Made by a program: the position numbers and the translations under genes. A model generated the notes under the pieces. It was not told the DNA's origin, did no database searches, and saw only the letters and a list, made by a program, of their open reading frames with translations. Shown here in pieces: positions 41,859 through 50,002 of a stretch of DNA of 64,000 nt (its first letter is position 1; each line of letters starts with the position of its first letter). Origin of the DNA: an uncultured Acidobacteriota bacterium (GTDB taxonomy: Bacteria > Acidobacteriota > Vicinamibacteria > Vicinamibacterales > CAVVIG01); NCBI GenBank assembly GCA_963696165.1, contig CAVOIY010000004.1, forward strand, positions 44,753-108,752. Reading direction: 5' to 3'.

Positions 41859-41966
41859 ACTCCTATCTTAGACGCTCTTCCGCAGCCATGGGCCGCCGTC
41901 CACAACTTTCACACCGAAGTTAATGGTCCTTTTAGCAGCTCAACCAGTTTTATGGACGCGCGGAAC

Positions 41967-42035
41967 CGCAGGACTGAAGTCCTGCGCTACATCAGTGGTG
42001 TCTCGTCACTGGTGGCGCAGGTCTTTAGACCTGCG
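41967..42035. repeat. twin 20-nt GC-rich hairpins in the divergent VWFA/acyl-CoA-dehydrogenase spacer
   Basis: CGCAGGAC-TGAA-GTCCTGCG (41967-41986) and CGCAGGTC-TTTA-GACCTGCG (42016-42035). Each has an 8-bp stem, and they have near-identical stem sequence. Confidence 0.75.
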
Positions 42036-42052
42036 GGTCTCATAGAACCGAA

Positions 42053-43243
42053 ATGCTAACATCCATGAGCATGGCGACGCAGCACACTGAAATCACCCAG
42101 CAGCCGCTGACGGTTCTGTCCGAAGACGAACGTCTCTTCCGCGACAGCGTGTACGAGTTCGCGGATCGCGAGATCCGTCCGCTCGTCCGCGAAATGGACG
42201 AGCACGCGAAAATCGGCCGGCCGCTCATCGACAAGCTGTTCGATCTCGGCGTGATGGGCATCGAGATCCCCGAGAGCCACGGCGGCGCCGGCGCGACGCT
42301 TCTTCCACTCGGTCCTGGCCGTCGAGGCGCTGTCGCGGGTCGATCCGTCGGTCGGCGTCCTCGTCGACGTGCAGAACACGCTCGTCATCAACGCGCTGCT
42401 GCGCTGGGGCAGCGAGGACATCAAGCGACGCTATCTGCCGCGGCTCGCCGTCGAACACGATCGGCGCCTACGCGCTGTCGGAAGCCGGCTCGGGCAGCGA
42501 CGCGTTCGCGCTGGCCACGCGCGCGACCGAAGCCGGCGACGGCTTCGTGCTCACCGGCCGCAAGCTCTGGATCACCAACGGCAACGAGGCCGACCTGTTC
42601 ATCGTCTTCGCCAACGTCAATCCCGAGGCCGGCTATCGCGGCATCACCGCGTTCCTCGTCGAGCGCGGGTTCGCCGGGTTCACGGTCGGCAAGAAGGAAG
42701 ACAAGCTCGGCATCCGCGCGAGCAGCACCTGCGAGCTGATGTTCGAGGACTGCCGCGTGCCGCGCGCGAACGTGCTCGGCGAGGTCGGCAAGGGCTACAA
42801 GATCGGCGATCGAGACGCTGAACGAAGGCCGCATCGGCATCGGCGCGCAGATGATCGGCCTGGCGCAGGGCGCGCTCGATCACGCGATCGCATACACGAA
42901 AGAGCGCAAGCAGTTCGGCAAGGCGATCGCCGAGTTCCAGGCCGTGCAGCATCAGCTCGCGCGCGCGGCGACGGAGGTCGAGGCGGCGCGGCTGCTGGTC
43001 TACAACGCGGCGCGGCTGCGCGATGCGCGGCAGCCGTTTCTCACCGAAGCGGCGATGTGCAAGATCTTCTCGTCGGAAGTCGCCGAGCGCGTGACGTCGC
43101 TCGCGGTCAACCTCTTCGGCGGCAACGGCTTCGTGAAGGACTATCCGGTCGAGAAGCTGTACCGCGACGCGAAGATCGGCCAGATCTACGAAGGCACGTC
43201 GAACCTGCAGCTGCAGACGATCGCCAAGCAGATCATCGGGTAG
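42053..43243 (+). CDS. acyl-CoA dehydrogenase (short/branched-chain type); about five frame breaks
   Basis: ..[29 protein letters not shown].., ..[23 protein letters not shown].., ..[41 protein letters not shown].. and ..[27 protein letters not shown]. The start could be 42053, 42065 or 42071. Confidence 0.88.
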
Positions 43244-43244
43244 T

Positions 43245-44360
43245 TCACTCGGTTGCGTTCCCCGCGAACAGCGGCTCGGTGTCGAGCGTTTGCGGACCGT
43301 GCTCGGTGCATACGGCGTACTTCGACGCGTACATCGAGACGCCGGAATACTCGCCCTTCGCGTTCAGGATGTAGAAGTTCAACCCGAAGTTCGGCTGGTG
43401 CCGGCCATTCAACAGGCGCTTCTCGATCGTGTTCGACGCCACGCGCTTGAGCGCTGCCAGGCCCGCGTCTTTCGGATGCGCACCGCGCCGCATCTCCTCG
43501 ACGATGAAGAACGAGCAGAGGTTATAGAGGTTCGCTTCGCCGCGGCCGGTCGATCCGGCGGCCCCAACGTCGCCGTCGACATAAAGTCCGGCGCCCAGAA
43601 TCGGCGAGTCGCCGGCACGACCAGGAATCTTCCACGCAAGACCGCTCGTCGTCGTCACGCCGCAGATCTCGCCCTTCGCGTTGACGCCGTCGCAGTTGAT
43701 CGTGCCGTAATAGTGGTCCCGGTCGATCAAGCCTTCGGCGATCATGTCCATCGCGACCTGGTGATACGCGACTTGCCGATCCTTCGGCGACAGGTAGTGC
43801 AGCGGATCCGTGCGGCGCTTCCATTCGAGCCACTTGGCGCGTGAATTCTCGGTGTTCAGATCGTCCTCGATCTTGAACCCCATGCTGCGCGCGAATTCCT
43901 GCGCGCCCTTGCCGACGAGCAGATGATGATCCGTCGAGTCCATGACGAGCTGCGCCACCTTCGAAGGCGTGCGGACGCCTTCGATTTCCGCCACGCCGCC
44001 GGCACGCTTCTTCGGCCCGTGCATACAGCACGAATCGAGCTGCACGACGCCGTCGGCGTTCGGCAACCCGCCGTAGCCGACGCTGTCGTCCAGCGGATCG
44101 AGCTCGACGATGTTGACGCCGGCGATGAGCGCATCGAGCACGTCGGAGCCGCCGACGATCATCTCGTATGCAGTTTCGACGCACGTCTTCGGTCCGCCGT
44201 TCTTCGCTTTGTTGCCGTTGGCGGCCGATACGACAACCGGCTTTACGCTCTTCGGCGCCATCATCGTCGGCGCTTGCGCGAACGAAGTCTTCGGAACCGC
44301 GGCAGCGGCTACCGCGGCGGTCGTCGTTTGAACGAATTCGCGTCGATTCAGTTTTTTCAT
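43245..44360 (-). CDS. Tat-exported Ntn-hydrolase of the isoaspartyl peptidase / L-asparaginase / glycosylasparaginase family, intact
   Basis: MKKLNRREFVQTTTAAVAAAAV (twin-Arg signal). Probable autoprocessing region ..HYYGTINCD.. and ..TTTSGLAWKIPGRAGDSPILGAGLYVDGDVGAAGSTGRGE... Confidence 0.8.
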   Translation of the reverse strand: MKKLNRREFVQTTTAAVAAAAVPKTSFAQAPTMMAPKSVKPVVVSAANGNKAKNGGPKTCVETAYEMIVGGSDVLDALIAGVNIVELDPLDDSVGYGGLPNADGVVQLDSCCMHGPKKRAGGVAEIEGVRTPSKVAQLVMDSTDHHLLVGKGAQEFARSMGFKIEDDLNTENSRAKWLEWKRRTDPLHYLSPKDRQVAYHQVAMDMIAEGLIDRDHYYGTINCDGVNAKGEICGVTTTSGLAWKIPGRAGDSPILGAGLYVDGDVGAAGSTGRGEANLYNLCSFFIVEEMRRGAHPKDAGLAALKRVASNTIEKRLLNGRHQPNFGLNFYILNAKGEYSGVSMYASKYAVCTEHGPQTLDTEPLFAGNATE

Positions 44361-44377
44361 GATGGTGGTCCCCCTCG

Positions 44378-45521
44378 TCACCCGCTCGCGAGGACGTTCG
44401 CGGCGATGATCATACGCTGCGCTTCCGAAGTCCCCTGATAAATTTCCGTCGCGCGAACGTCGCGAAACAATCGCTCGACGATCGATCCGCGGCGATATCC
44501 CGCCGACGCGAGGATCTGCATCGCCTTGTCGGCAGCCTTGTGTGCCGCCTCCGATGCGGCGAGCTTGGCCATGGATGCTTCGAGCGCGCACTGCTCCTGT
44601 CGATCCTTCGCAGCGGCCGCCTTCAGGGTGAGCAGCCGCGCGCCGTCCAGCTCGGTCGCCATATCGGCGAGCATCCATTGAATCGCTTGATAATTCGCTA
44701 TCGGTTGGCCGAACTGTTCGCGCGCCTTCGCGTGCCGGATGGCTTCCGAGAGCGCCGCCTCGCCGATCCCGAGCGCCTGTGCGGCGATCGCGACCCGCCC
44801 GCCCTGCAGCGCCCACATGGCGAGCCGGAATCCCTGGTCCACCGAGCCGAGCACCTGGCTGTCGTCGACGTCCAGATCGAGCTCGAGGTCCATGCAGCCG
44901 AGCCCGCGGACGCCGAGCGAATCGGCGCGCGCCGTCCTGGTGATGCCGGCGGCATTCATCGGCACGATGAACGCCGTGACGCCCTGCCCGCGCAGGTTCG
45001 GCCGCGTCGACGCGAAAACGACCGCCACGGCCGCAACGTCTGCGTTTGCCACCCACACCTTTCGTCCGGTGAGGTGATAGCCGCGGCTGGTCTTCACGGC
45101 TTTCGTCTGCTGATTGGCGGCATCGGTTCCGGCGTCCGGCTCTGAGAGCGCAAAGGCGCCGATTGCGTCGCCGCTTGCGAGCCGCCGCAGCCACTCTTCT
45201 TTCTGCGGAGCCTTGCCGGCATGCGCGAGCAGCTCGGCGACGAGCGAATTCGTCACCGACAGCGAGACCGCGACCGTAGCGCTGGCGTTCGCGATGGCCT
45301 CGATCGCGAGCGCGTACGAAATGTAGTCGCGGCCCAGCCCGCCCCAAGCTGTCGGAATCGTCACGCCCTGAAGACCGCGCGAGGCTGCCGCGCTTGATCA
45401 CATCGGCGGGATACGCGCCCGATTCGTCGATCGCGGCCGCGCGCGGCGCGACGACGTCGCGCGCGAACGCCTGCACATCGCTTTTGAACGCCTGCTGTTC
45501 TGCCGTCAGCTCGAGAATCAT
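44378..45521 (-). CDS. acyl-CoA dehydrogenase; one frame break near 45375
   Basis: MILELTAEQQAFKSDVQAFARDVVAPRAAAIDESGAYPADVIK.., then ORF 44378..45364 ..TIPTAWGGLGRDYISYALAIEAI...FRDVRATEIYQGTSEAQRMIIA... Confidence 0.88.
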
Positions 45522-45530
45522 TTATTACTG

Positions 45531-45674
45531 CTCGCGGGGCCCCACCCCCGCTCGATGACGCCTTCGCGCCGTAGCGCTCGGCGTTCCTAGAACAGAACGT
45601 CGCAGCGGGGCCGCGGCCCTTCGCCTGCTCGTCTTCGCGCCGTAGCGCTCGGCGTTCCTAGAACAGAACGTCGC
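45531..45674 (-). repeat. 75-nt REP-like element copy 2, plus an exact 42-nt tandem partial copy
   Basis: 45531-45605 matches 12626-12700 (71 of 75). The 42-mer CTTCGCGCCGTAGCGCTCGGCGTTCCTAGAACAGAACGTCGC occurs at 45562-45603 and again, identically, at 45633-45674. It lies 9 nt upstream of the acyl-CoA dehydrogenase ATG 45521. Confidence 0.9.
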
Positions 45675-45770
45675 GGAGCGGCCTAGGGCCGAGAGAATCA
45701 TAATTGATTTGCTCTGCGCGCTCAGCGGTCTCCGCGGTTGAATCCTCGGCGGGTTTTGTGGGCTCTGCGG

Positions 45771-46265
45771 TTAGATATTTGTTGACGCCAGGCGTTCGAA
45801 AATCGGCTGCAGCCGCTTCTTCGTCGTCGCAAGGTCTTCCGGGAGGACACGCACTTCGCCGATCACCGACATGAAATTGGTGTCGCCGTTCCAGCGTGGC
45901 ACGAGGTGGACGTGAAGGTGGTCGACGACGCCGGCGCCGGCGGGCCGACCGAGGTTGATGCCCACGTTGATTCCCTGCGGCGTGTACGCCTCGGTCAGTG
46001 CCATCTCGGCGTGTCGCGTAAATGCCATCAGCTCACCGCGTTCTTCGGTGGTGGTCAGCGCGAGGGAGGCGACGTGCCGCGTCGGCACGACCATCAAATG
46101 GCCGTTGTTGTACGGATAGAGATTGAGGATGACGTAGGAAAGACGCCCGCGGGCGAGGATGAGCTCCTCGCGCCCGGGCTGAGAGGTGTCGCAGAAGATG
46201 CAGCCGCCATCGCCGCCCGCGCCCGTCACGTACGCGAGCCTCCACGGCGACCAGAGCCGCTCCAC
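45771..46265 (-). CDS. HIT-family nucleotide hydrolase/transferase
   Basis: Intact 164 aa with the histidine triad ..VVDHLHVHLVPRW... The GTG start abuts the ihfB stop (TAGGTG). Confidence 0.85.
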   Translation of the reverse strand: MERLWSPWRLAYVTGAGGDGGCIFCDTSQPGREELILARGRLSYVILNLYPYNNGHLMVVPTRHVASLALTTTEERGELMAFTRHAEMALTEAYTPQGINVGINLGRPAGAGVVDHLHVHLVPRWNGDTNFMSVIGEVRVLPEDLATTKKRLQPIFERLASTNI

Positions 46266-46619
46266 CTAAACGGCGAGGGCGTCGGGCGGAACCGATGCGT
46301 CGCCGGCTGCCGCCGTCGTGGGCGCCGGTTCCTTGTTGATCAGTTCTTTGAGCTCTTTGCCGGGCTTGAAGTACGGCACCTTCTTCGGCGGCACGTCGAC
46401 CTTGTCGCCCGTCTTCGGGTTGCGGCCTTTGCGCGGCTCGCGCTTGCGCAGCCGGAAGCTGCCGAATCCGCGCAGCTCGATCTTCTCGCCGCGATGGAGC
46501 GCGTCGATGATGCTCTTGAACACGGTGTCGACGATGACCTCCGAATGTTTCTTCGTGAGGTCGGAAACCCGTGAGACTTCCTCGACGAGCTCCGCTTTCG
46601 TCATGCTGCCGCCGGTCAT
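46266..46619 (-). CDS. ihfB: integration host factor beta-like (HU/IHF family) DNA-binding protein with Pro/Ala-rich tail
   Basis: GGGAGAG 6 nt upstream of ATG 46619. ..IELRGFGSFRLRKREPRKGRNPKTGDKVDVPPKKVPYFKPGKELKE.. resembles the IHF-beta arm. It lies directly downstream of rpsA, as in the classical cmk-rpsA-ihfB order. Confidence 0.85.
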   Translation of the reverse strand: MTGGSMTKAELVEEVSRVSDLTKKHSEVIVDTVFKSIIDALHRGEKIELRGFGSFRLRKREPRKGRNPKTGDKVDVPPKKVPYFKPGKELKELINKEPAPTTAAAGDASVPPDALAV

Positions 46620-46630
46620 TGGGTACTCTC

Positions 46631-46690
46631 CCTCGTGGCTTGTGGCTGGTGGCCGGTGACTGGTGGCGCGGGCCCTCAGCCACCGACGCA
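46631..46690 (-). repeat. GCTGGTG/CCACCAG-family heptamer array (copy B3) filling the rpsA-ihfB spacer
   Basis: Plus strand: CTCGTG GCTTGTG GCTGGTG GCCGGTG ACTGGTG GCGCGGG CCCTCAGCCACCG. It is bounded by the rpsA stop (46691) and the ihfB Shine-Dalgarno. Confidence 0.85.
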
Positions 46691-48487
46691 TCACCGATTG
46701 CGAAAGTGATCCCCGAGCGTCGCCGTGCCGTCGCCCGTCGACTCCTGATAGCTTTCCCAGTCGGCCCGGAACTCGTCGGACTTCAACGCGCGAATCGACA
46801 GGCCGATCTTCCGCTCCGCCGGCGCGAGCTTGATGATCTTCATCGGGTACGTCTCGCCGACGGTCAGCTCGATCTTCCCGTCCTTGCCGACGTGCTGCGA
46901 GTCGTCGAACTCCGAAACGTGAATCAATCCTTCGATGCCCTCATCGAGCTCCACGAAGGCGCCGAAGTTCGTCATGCGCACGACCTTCCCTTCGATCGTG
47001 TCGCCGACGTGGTGCCGCGAGAAAAAGTCGTCCCAGATGTCGGTCGCGAGCTGCTTGAGGCCGAGGGACAGCCGCTGGTTCTCTGCGTCGATGTTGAGCA
47101 CCATCGCCTCGACTACGTCGCCCTTCTTCAGCACTTCGGACGGATGCTTGATCCGCTTGCTCCACGACATGTCCGAGATGTGAATCAGGCCGTCGATCTC
47201 CTCTTCGACTTCGACGAACGCGCCGAACTCAGTGAGGTTCCGGACCTTGCCGTGAATCTTCGAGCCGACCGGATACTTGTCCGCCAGATCGTGCCAGGGG
47301 TTCGTTTCCACCTGCTTCAACCCGAGCGAAATCCGCCGGGCCGTGGGATCGACGCCGAGCACCATCGCATCGACCGTGTCGCCGACGTTGAGGATCTTCG
47401 ACGGGTGCTTGACGCGCTTGCTCCACGACATCTCGCTGACGTGAATGAGGCCTTCGACGCCGGCCTCGAGCTCCACGAATGCGCCGTAGTCGGTGAGGCT
47501 CACGACCTTGCCGGCCATGCGCGCGCCGACCGGGTAACGGTCCATCACGTTGGCCCATGGATCGGTGATGAGCTGTTTGTGCCCGAGCGACACGCGTTCG
47601 GTCGCCGGATCGTATTTCAGCACGATCACGTCGATCTCGTCGTTCACCTTGAACAGCTCGGACGGATGCCCGACGCGCCCCCACGACATGTCCGTGATGT
47701 GCAGCAACCCGTCGATGCCGCCAAGGTCGATGAACGCGCCGTAGTCGGTGATGTTCTTCACCACGCCTTTGAGCACTTTGCCCTCGGCGAGCGTCTCGAG
47801 CGTGTGCTTTTTCTTCTCGGCGTTTTCTTCTTCGAGCAGCGCCTTGCGCGACAGGACGATGTTGCCGCGCTTCTTGTTCACCTTGATGACGCGCATGCGC
47901 AGTTCTTGTCCGCGCAGCGCATCGAGGTTGCGAACCGGACGAACGTCGATCTGCGACCCGGGAAGAAACGCGCGGACGCCGATGTCCACCGCCAGGCCGC
48001 CCTTGATCCGCTCGATGACGCGGCCGATGACGACCTTGCGCTCGGCATAGGCCTTCTCGACCTCGTCCCAGATCTTCATCTTCTCGGCTTTTTCGCGCGA
48101 GAGGACGACGTAGCCTTCGCGGTCTTCAGTGCGCTCGAGCAGTACGTCGACGATGTCGCCCGCCTGAACGGTGACTTCGCCGTTTTCGTCGAGGAACTCG
48201 CTGACTTGGATGATGCCTTCGGATTTGTATCCGACGTCGACGACAACTTCAGACGCGGTGACTTTGAGAACCGTCCCCTTGACGACCTCGCCTTCCGCGA
48301 TGTTGCGGAAGCTGCTATCGTAGGAATCGAGCAGCCGCGCGTAATCGGCCGGATCCATTTGCTCGTCGTCGTCGCGCGGAAGGGCCTTGAGGCCGCCGCG
48401 CTCTCCGCGGGGTTCGCGGTCGATCGTCCCGGTGCTGCTCGTGCCTCGGGCCGATCCGGGGGTGTGCTCCTCTTCTACGTTCGCCAT
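46691..48487 (-). CDS. rpsA: 30S ribosomal protein S1
   Basis: Six S1 OB-fold repeats (..GEVVKGTVLKV.., ..GKVLKGVVKNITDYGAFIDLGGIDGLLHITDMSW.., etc.). The frame is intact. ATG 48487 is preferred because GGAGGA lies 10 nt upstream. The ORF is open to 48574. Confidence 0.93.
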   Translation of the reverse strand: MANVEEEHTPGSARGTSSTGTIDREPRGERGGLKALPRDDDEQMDPADYARLLDSYDSSFRNIAEGEVVKGTVLKVTASEVVVDVGYKSEGIIQVSEFLDENGEVTVQAGDIVDVLLERTEDREGYVVLSREKAEKMKIWDEVEKAYAERKVVIGRVIERIKGGLAVDIGVRAFLPGSQIDVRPVRNLDALRGQELRMRVIKVNKKRGNIVLSRKALLEEENAEKKKHTLETLAEGKVLKGVVKNITDYGAFIDLGGIDGLLHITDMSWGRVGHPSELFKVNDEIDVIVLKYDPATERVSLGHKQLITDPWANVMDRYPVGARMAGKVVSLTDYGAFVELEAGVEGLIHVSEMSWSKRVKHPSKILNVGDTVDAMVLGVDPTARRISLGLKQVETNPWHDLADKYPVGSKIHGKVRNLTEFGAFVEVEEEIDGLIHISDMSWSKRIKHPSEVLKKGDVVEAMVLNIDAENQRLSLGLKQLATDIWDDFFSRHHVGDTIEGKVVRMTNFGAFVELDEGIEGLIHVSEFDDSQHVGKDGKIELTVGETYPMKIIKLAPAERKIGLSIRALKSDEFRADWESYQESTGDGTATLGDHFRNR

Positions 48488-48657
48488 GCCGTGCGCGTCC
48501 TCCTGTGTCGATCGATTACTCATCCGATTACTCTTCGGCGATTGCCGGTTTGGGTTTTCTGGACCGGCGGCCATGCAGGTAATGCTGAATTCCGATAAGC
48601 AATAGAGCGTACGCCACTTATCGTCAAACTGTCAAGGTTCGAAAGGACTCTTCCGCC

Positions 48658-49287
48658 ATGGCAAAACGCCCGGCCGCCCGACGCCCCAAACCCAGCAAAT
48701 CCGCCCGGAAACGGAGCTCGGCCCGCCGATCAGCGAAGCGCCCGGCCGCCAAACGCCAGCCGAAGAAAAAGGCCGTGAGCCGTAAGAAATCGGCCAGAAA
48801 ACGGGTAGCCGCCCGTGCCACCAGTGCGCGCACGCGGCGCCCGAAGCCGGCCGCCGTCCGGTCGCCGAAACGCGCTGCCGCCGGGCCGCCGAAAGCGGCG
48901 CGGCTCGATCGGGTGCGGCGCACGCTCGATGAAACCGTGCAGACTCCCCCATCCTCGCTGAACATGGATCGCCACGCGTCGGCGGCTCGCACCGGGCGGG
49001 CCGAGCTCGCCGAGAGCCGCCAGGAACACCGGGGCATGTCGCCGGCCATCACCGGCGGCGACGTCGACGTCGATCTCGAGAATGCCTACTTCACCGGCGA
49101 CGAAGCGCCGGGCGGCGATAACCCGACGCCCGACCAGGAAGTCGTCGACGACATCGGCAAAGCGCTCGGCGTCGAATATCAGGACGATGAGGAACTGAAG
49201 GCGAGCGACAAAGTCACCGAGCGCGACCGCCACCGCTGGGAGCTCGACCCGGCCTCATCGGAGGATTACAAAGAAAGGAAAAAGTAA
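48658..49287 (+). CDS. histone-H1-like Lys/Arg/Ala-rich N-terminus fused to an acidic conserved C-terminal domain; unknown function
   Basis: Intact 209 aa. The first 90 aa or so are AKRPAARRPKPSKSARKRSSARR..-type basic repeats. The C-terminus is ..ITGGDVDVDLENAYFTGDEAPGGDNPTPDQEVVDDIGKALGVEYQDDEEL... Confidence 0.7.
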   Translation: MAKRPAARRPKPSKSARKRSSARRSAKRPAAKRQPKKKAVSRKKSARKRVAARATSARTRRPKPAAVRSPKRAAAGPPKAARLDRVRRTLDETVQTPPSSLNMDRHASAARTGRAELAESRQEHRGMSPAITGGDVDVDLENAYFTGDEAPGGDNPTPDQEVVDDIGKALGVEYQDDEELKASDKVTERDRHRWELDPASSEDYKERKK

Positions 49288-49959
49288 TCACCTTTTGCCT
49301 TTTGCCTTTTGCCTTTGCACTTCTTCCATCACATCTCTTACGACCTCCTCCACCGACTTCCCGGTGGTGTCGACAACGATCGCGTCGGCGGCGGCGTATA
49401 AGGGCGACGCCGTTCGCGTGCGGTCCTGCTGGTCGCGTTCGGTAAGGAGCGTGGCGACCTCAGAGACCGCAGCCGGAACGCCCGTATGTGCCGGATCGAC
49501 GGCGCGACGGCGCGCACGCTCCTCGGGCGACGCATCAAGATAGATTTTGACGTCGGCCCGCGGAAATACGACAGTGCCGATGTCACGGCCTTCCATCACG
49601 ATCCCTCCGTCGACACCGAGCTCCCGCTGACGCTCGACGAGCACGGACCGCACTTTTGGCAATCGCGCAACGGCGGCGGCGGCGCGGTCGATTTCAGGCG
49701 TCCGTATGGCGCGGGTGACGTCGACGTCATCGATCGTCACGGTCGCGCTGTGAACCGCAATGTGCGACTGGCGGGCGAGTTCAGCGACGAGGTCCTGATC
49801 GTCGAGCGGCACGCCGTGTTGAAGCGCCTTCCATCCCACAGCGCGGTACATGGCGCCGCTGTCGACGTGCCGGTATCCGAGGGCACTGGCGATTGCGCGA
49901 GCGACGGTACCCTTTCCGGCGCCGGACGGTCCGTCGATGGCGATGATGAGGGGCTTCAT
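49288..49959 (-). CDS. cmk: cytidylate kinase
   Basis: MKPLIIAIDGPSGAGKGTVARAIASALGYRHVDSGAMYRA.. (P-loop), intact. The C-terminal tail ..EEVQRQKAKGKR* is encoded by the heptamer array. Confidence 0.92.
   Translation of the reverse strand: MKPLIIAIDGPSGAGKGTVARAIASALGYRHVDSGAMYRAVGWKALQHGVPLDDQDLVAELARQSHIAVHSATVTIDDVDVTRAIRTPEIDRAAAAVARLPKVRSVLVERQRELGVDGGIVMEGRDIGTVVFPRADVKIYLDASPEERARRRAVDPAHTGVPAAVSEVATLLTERDQQDRTRTASPLYAAADAIVVDTTGKSVEEVVRDVMEEVQRQKAKGKR
49289..49325 (-). repeat. GCCTTTT/AAAAGGC-type heptamer array (copy D2) at the abutting stops of two convergent genes
   Basis: Plus strand: CACCTTTT GCCTTTT GCCTTTT GCCTTTG CACTTCT TCC. It shares ..TT[C]GCACTTCT.. with D1. Confidence 0.8.
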
Positions 49960-50002
49960 GTGGTCGGGTAGGTCGGGTCCCCCGTGTGCCCGTGAGAGTA
50001 AC

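Noticed and set aside
41967-42035. Considered tRNA or anticodon-stem-like structures for the twin hairpins.
   Set aside because: The stems are 8 bp with 4-nt loops. There is no acceptor stem and no GTTCGAATC-type T-arm nearby.
45681-45770. Possible fifth repeat family (CTCTGCG / CTCCGCGG words) downstream of the HIT gene.
   Set aside because: Only three loosely similar words, with no clear periodicity and no second locus in the window. Support is insufficient.
46571-48598. 675-aa plus-strand ORF, the longest of many long ORFs antisense to confident genes. Others include 330..1226, 2218..3288, 5340..7034, 11285..12835, 16596..18368, 33690..34907, 35035..36258, 36528..37676, 52976..54964 and 54823..57135 in part.
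   Set aside because: All are Arg/Ala/Pro/Gly-rich with no recognisable motifs, and each lies exactly opposite or out of frame to a gene with clear family signatures (rpsA, the TPR gene, gdh, trpS and others). This is typical stop-codon-poor shadow reading in very GC-rich DNA.
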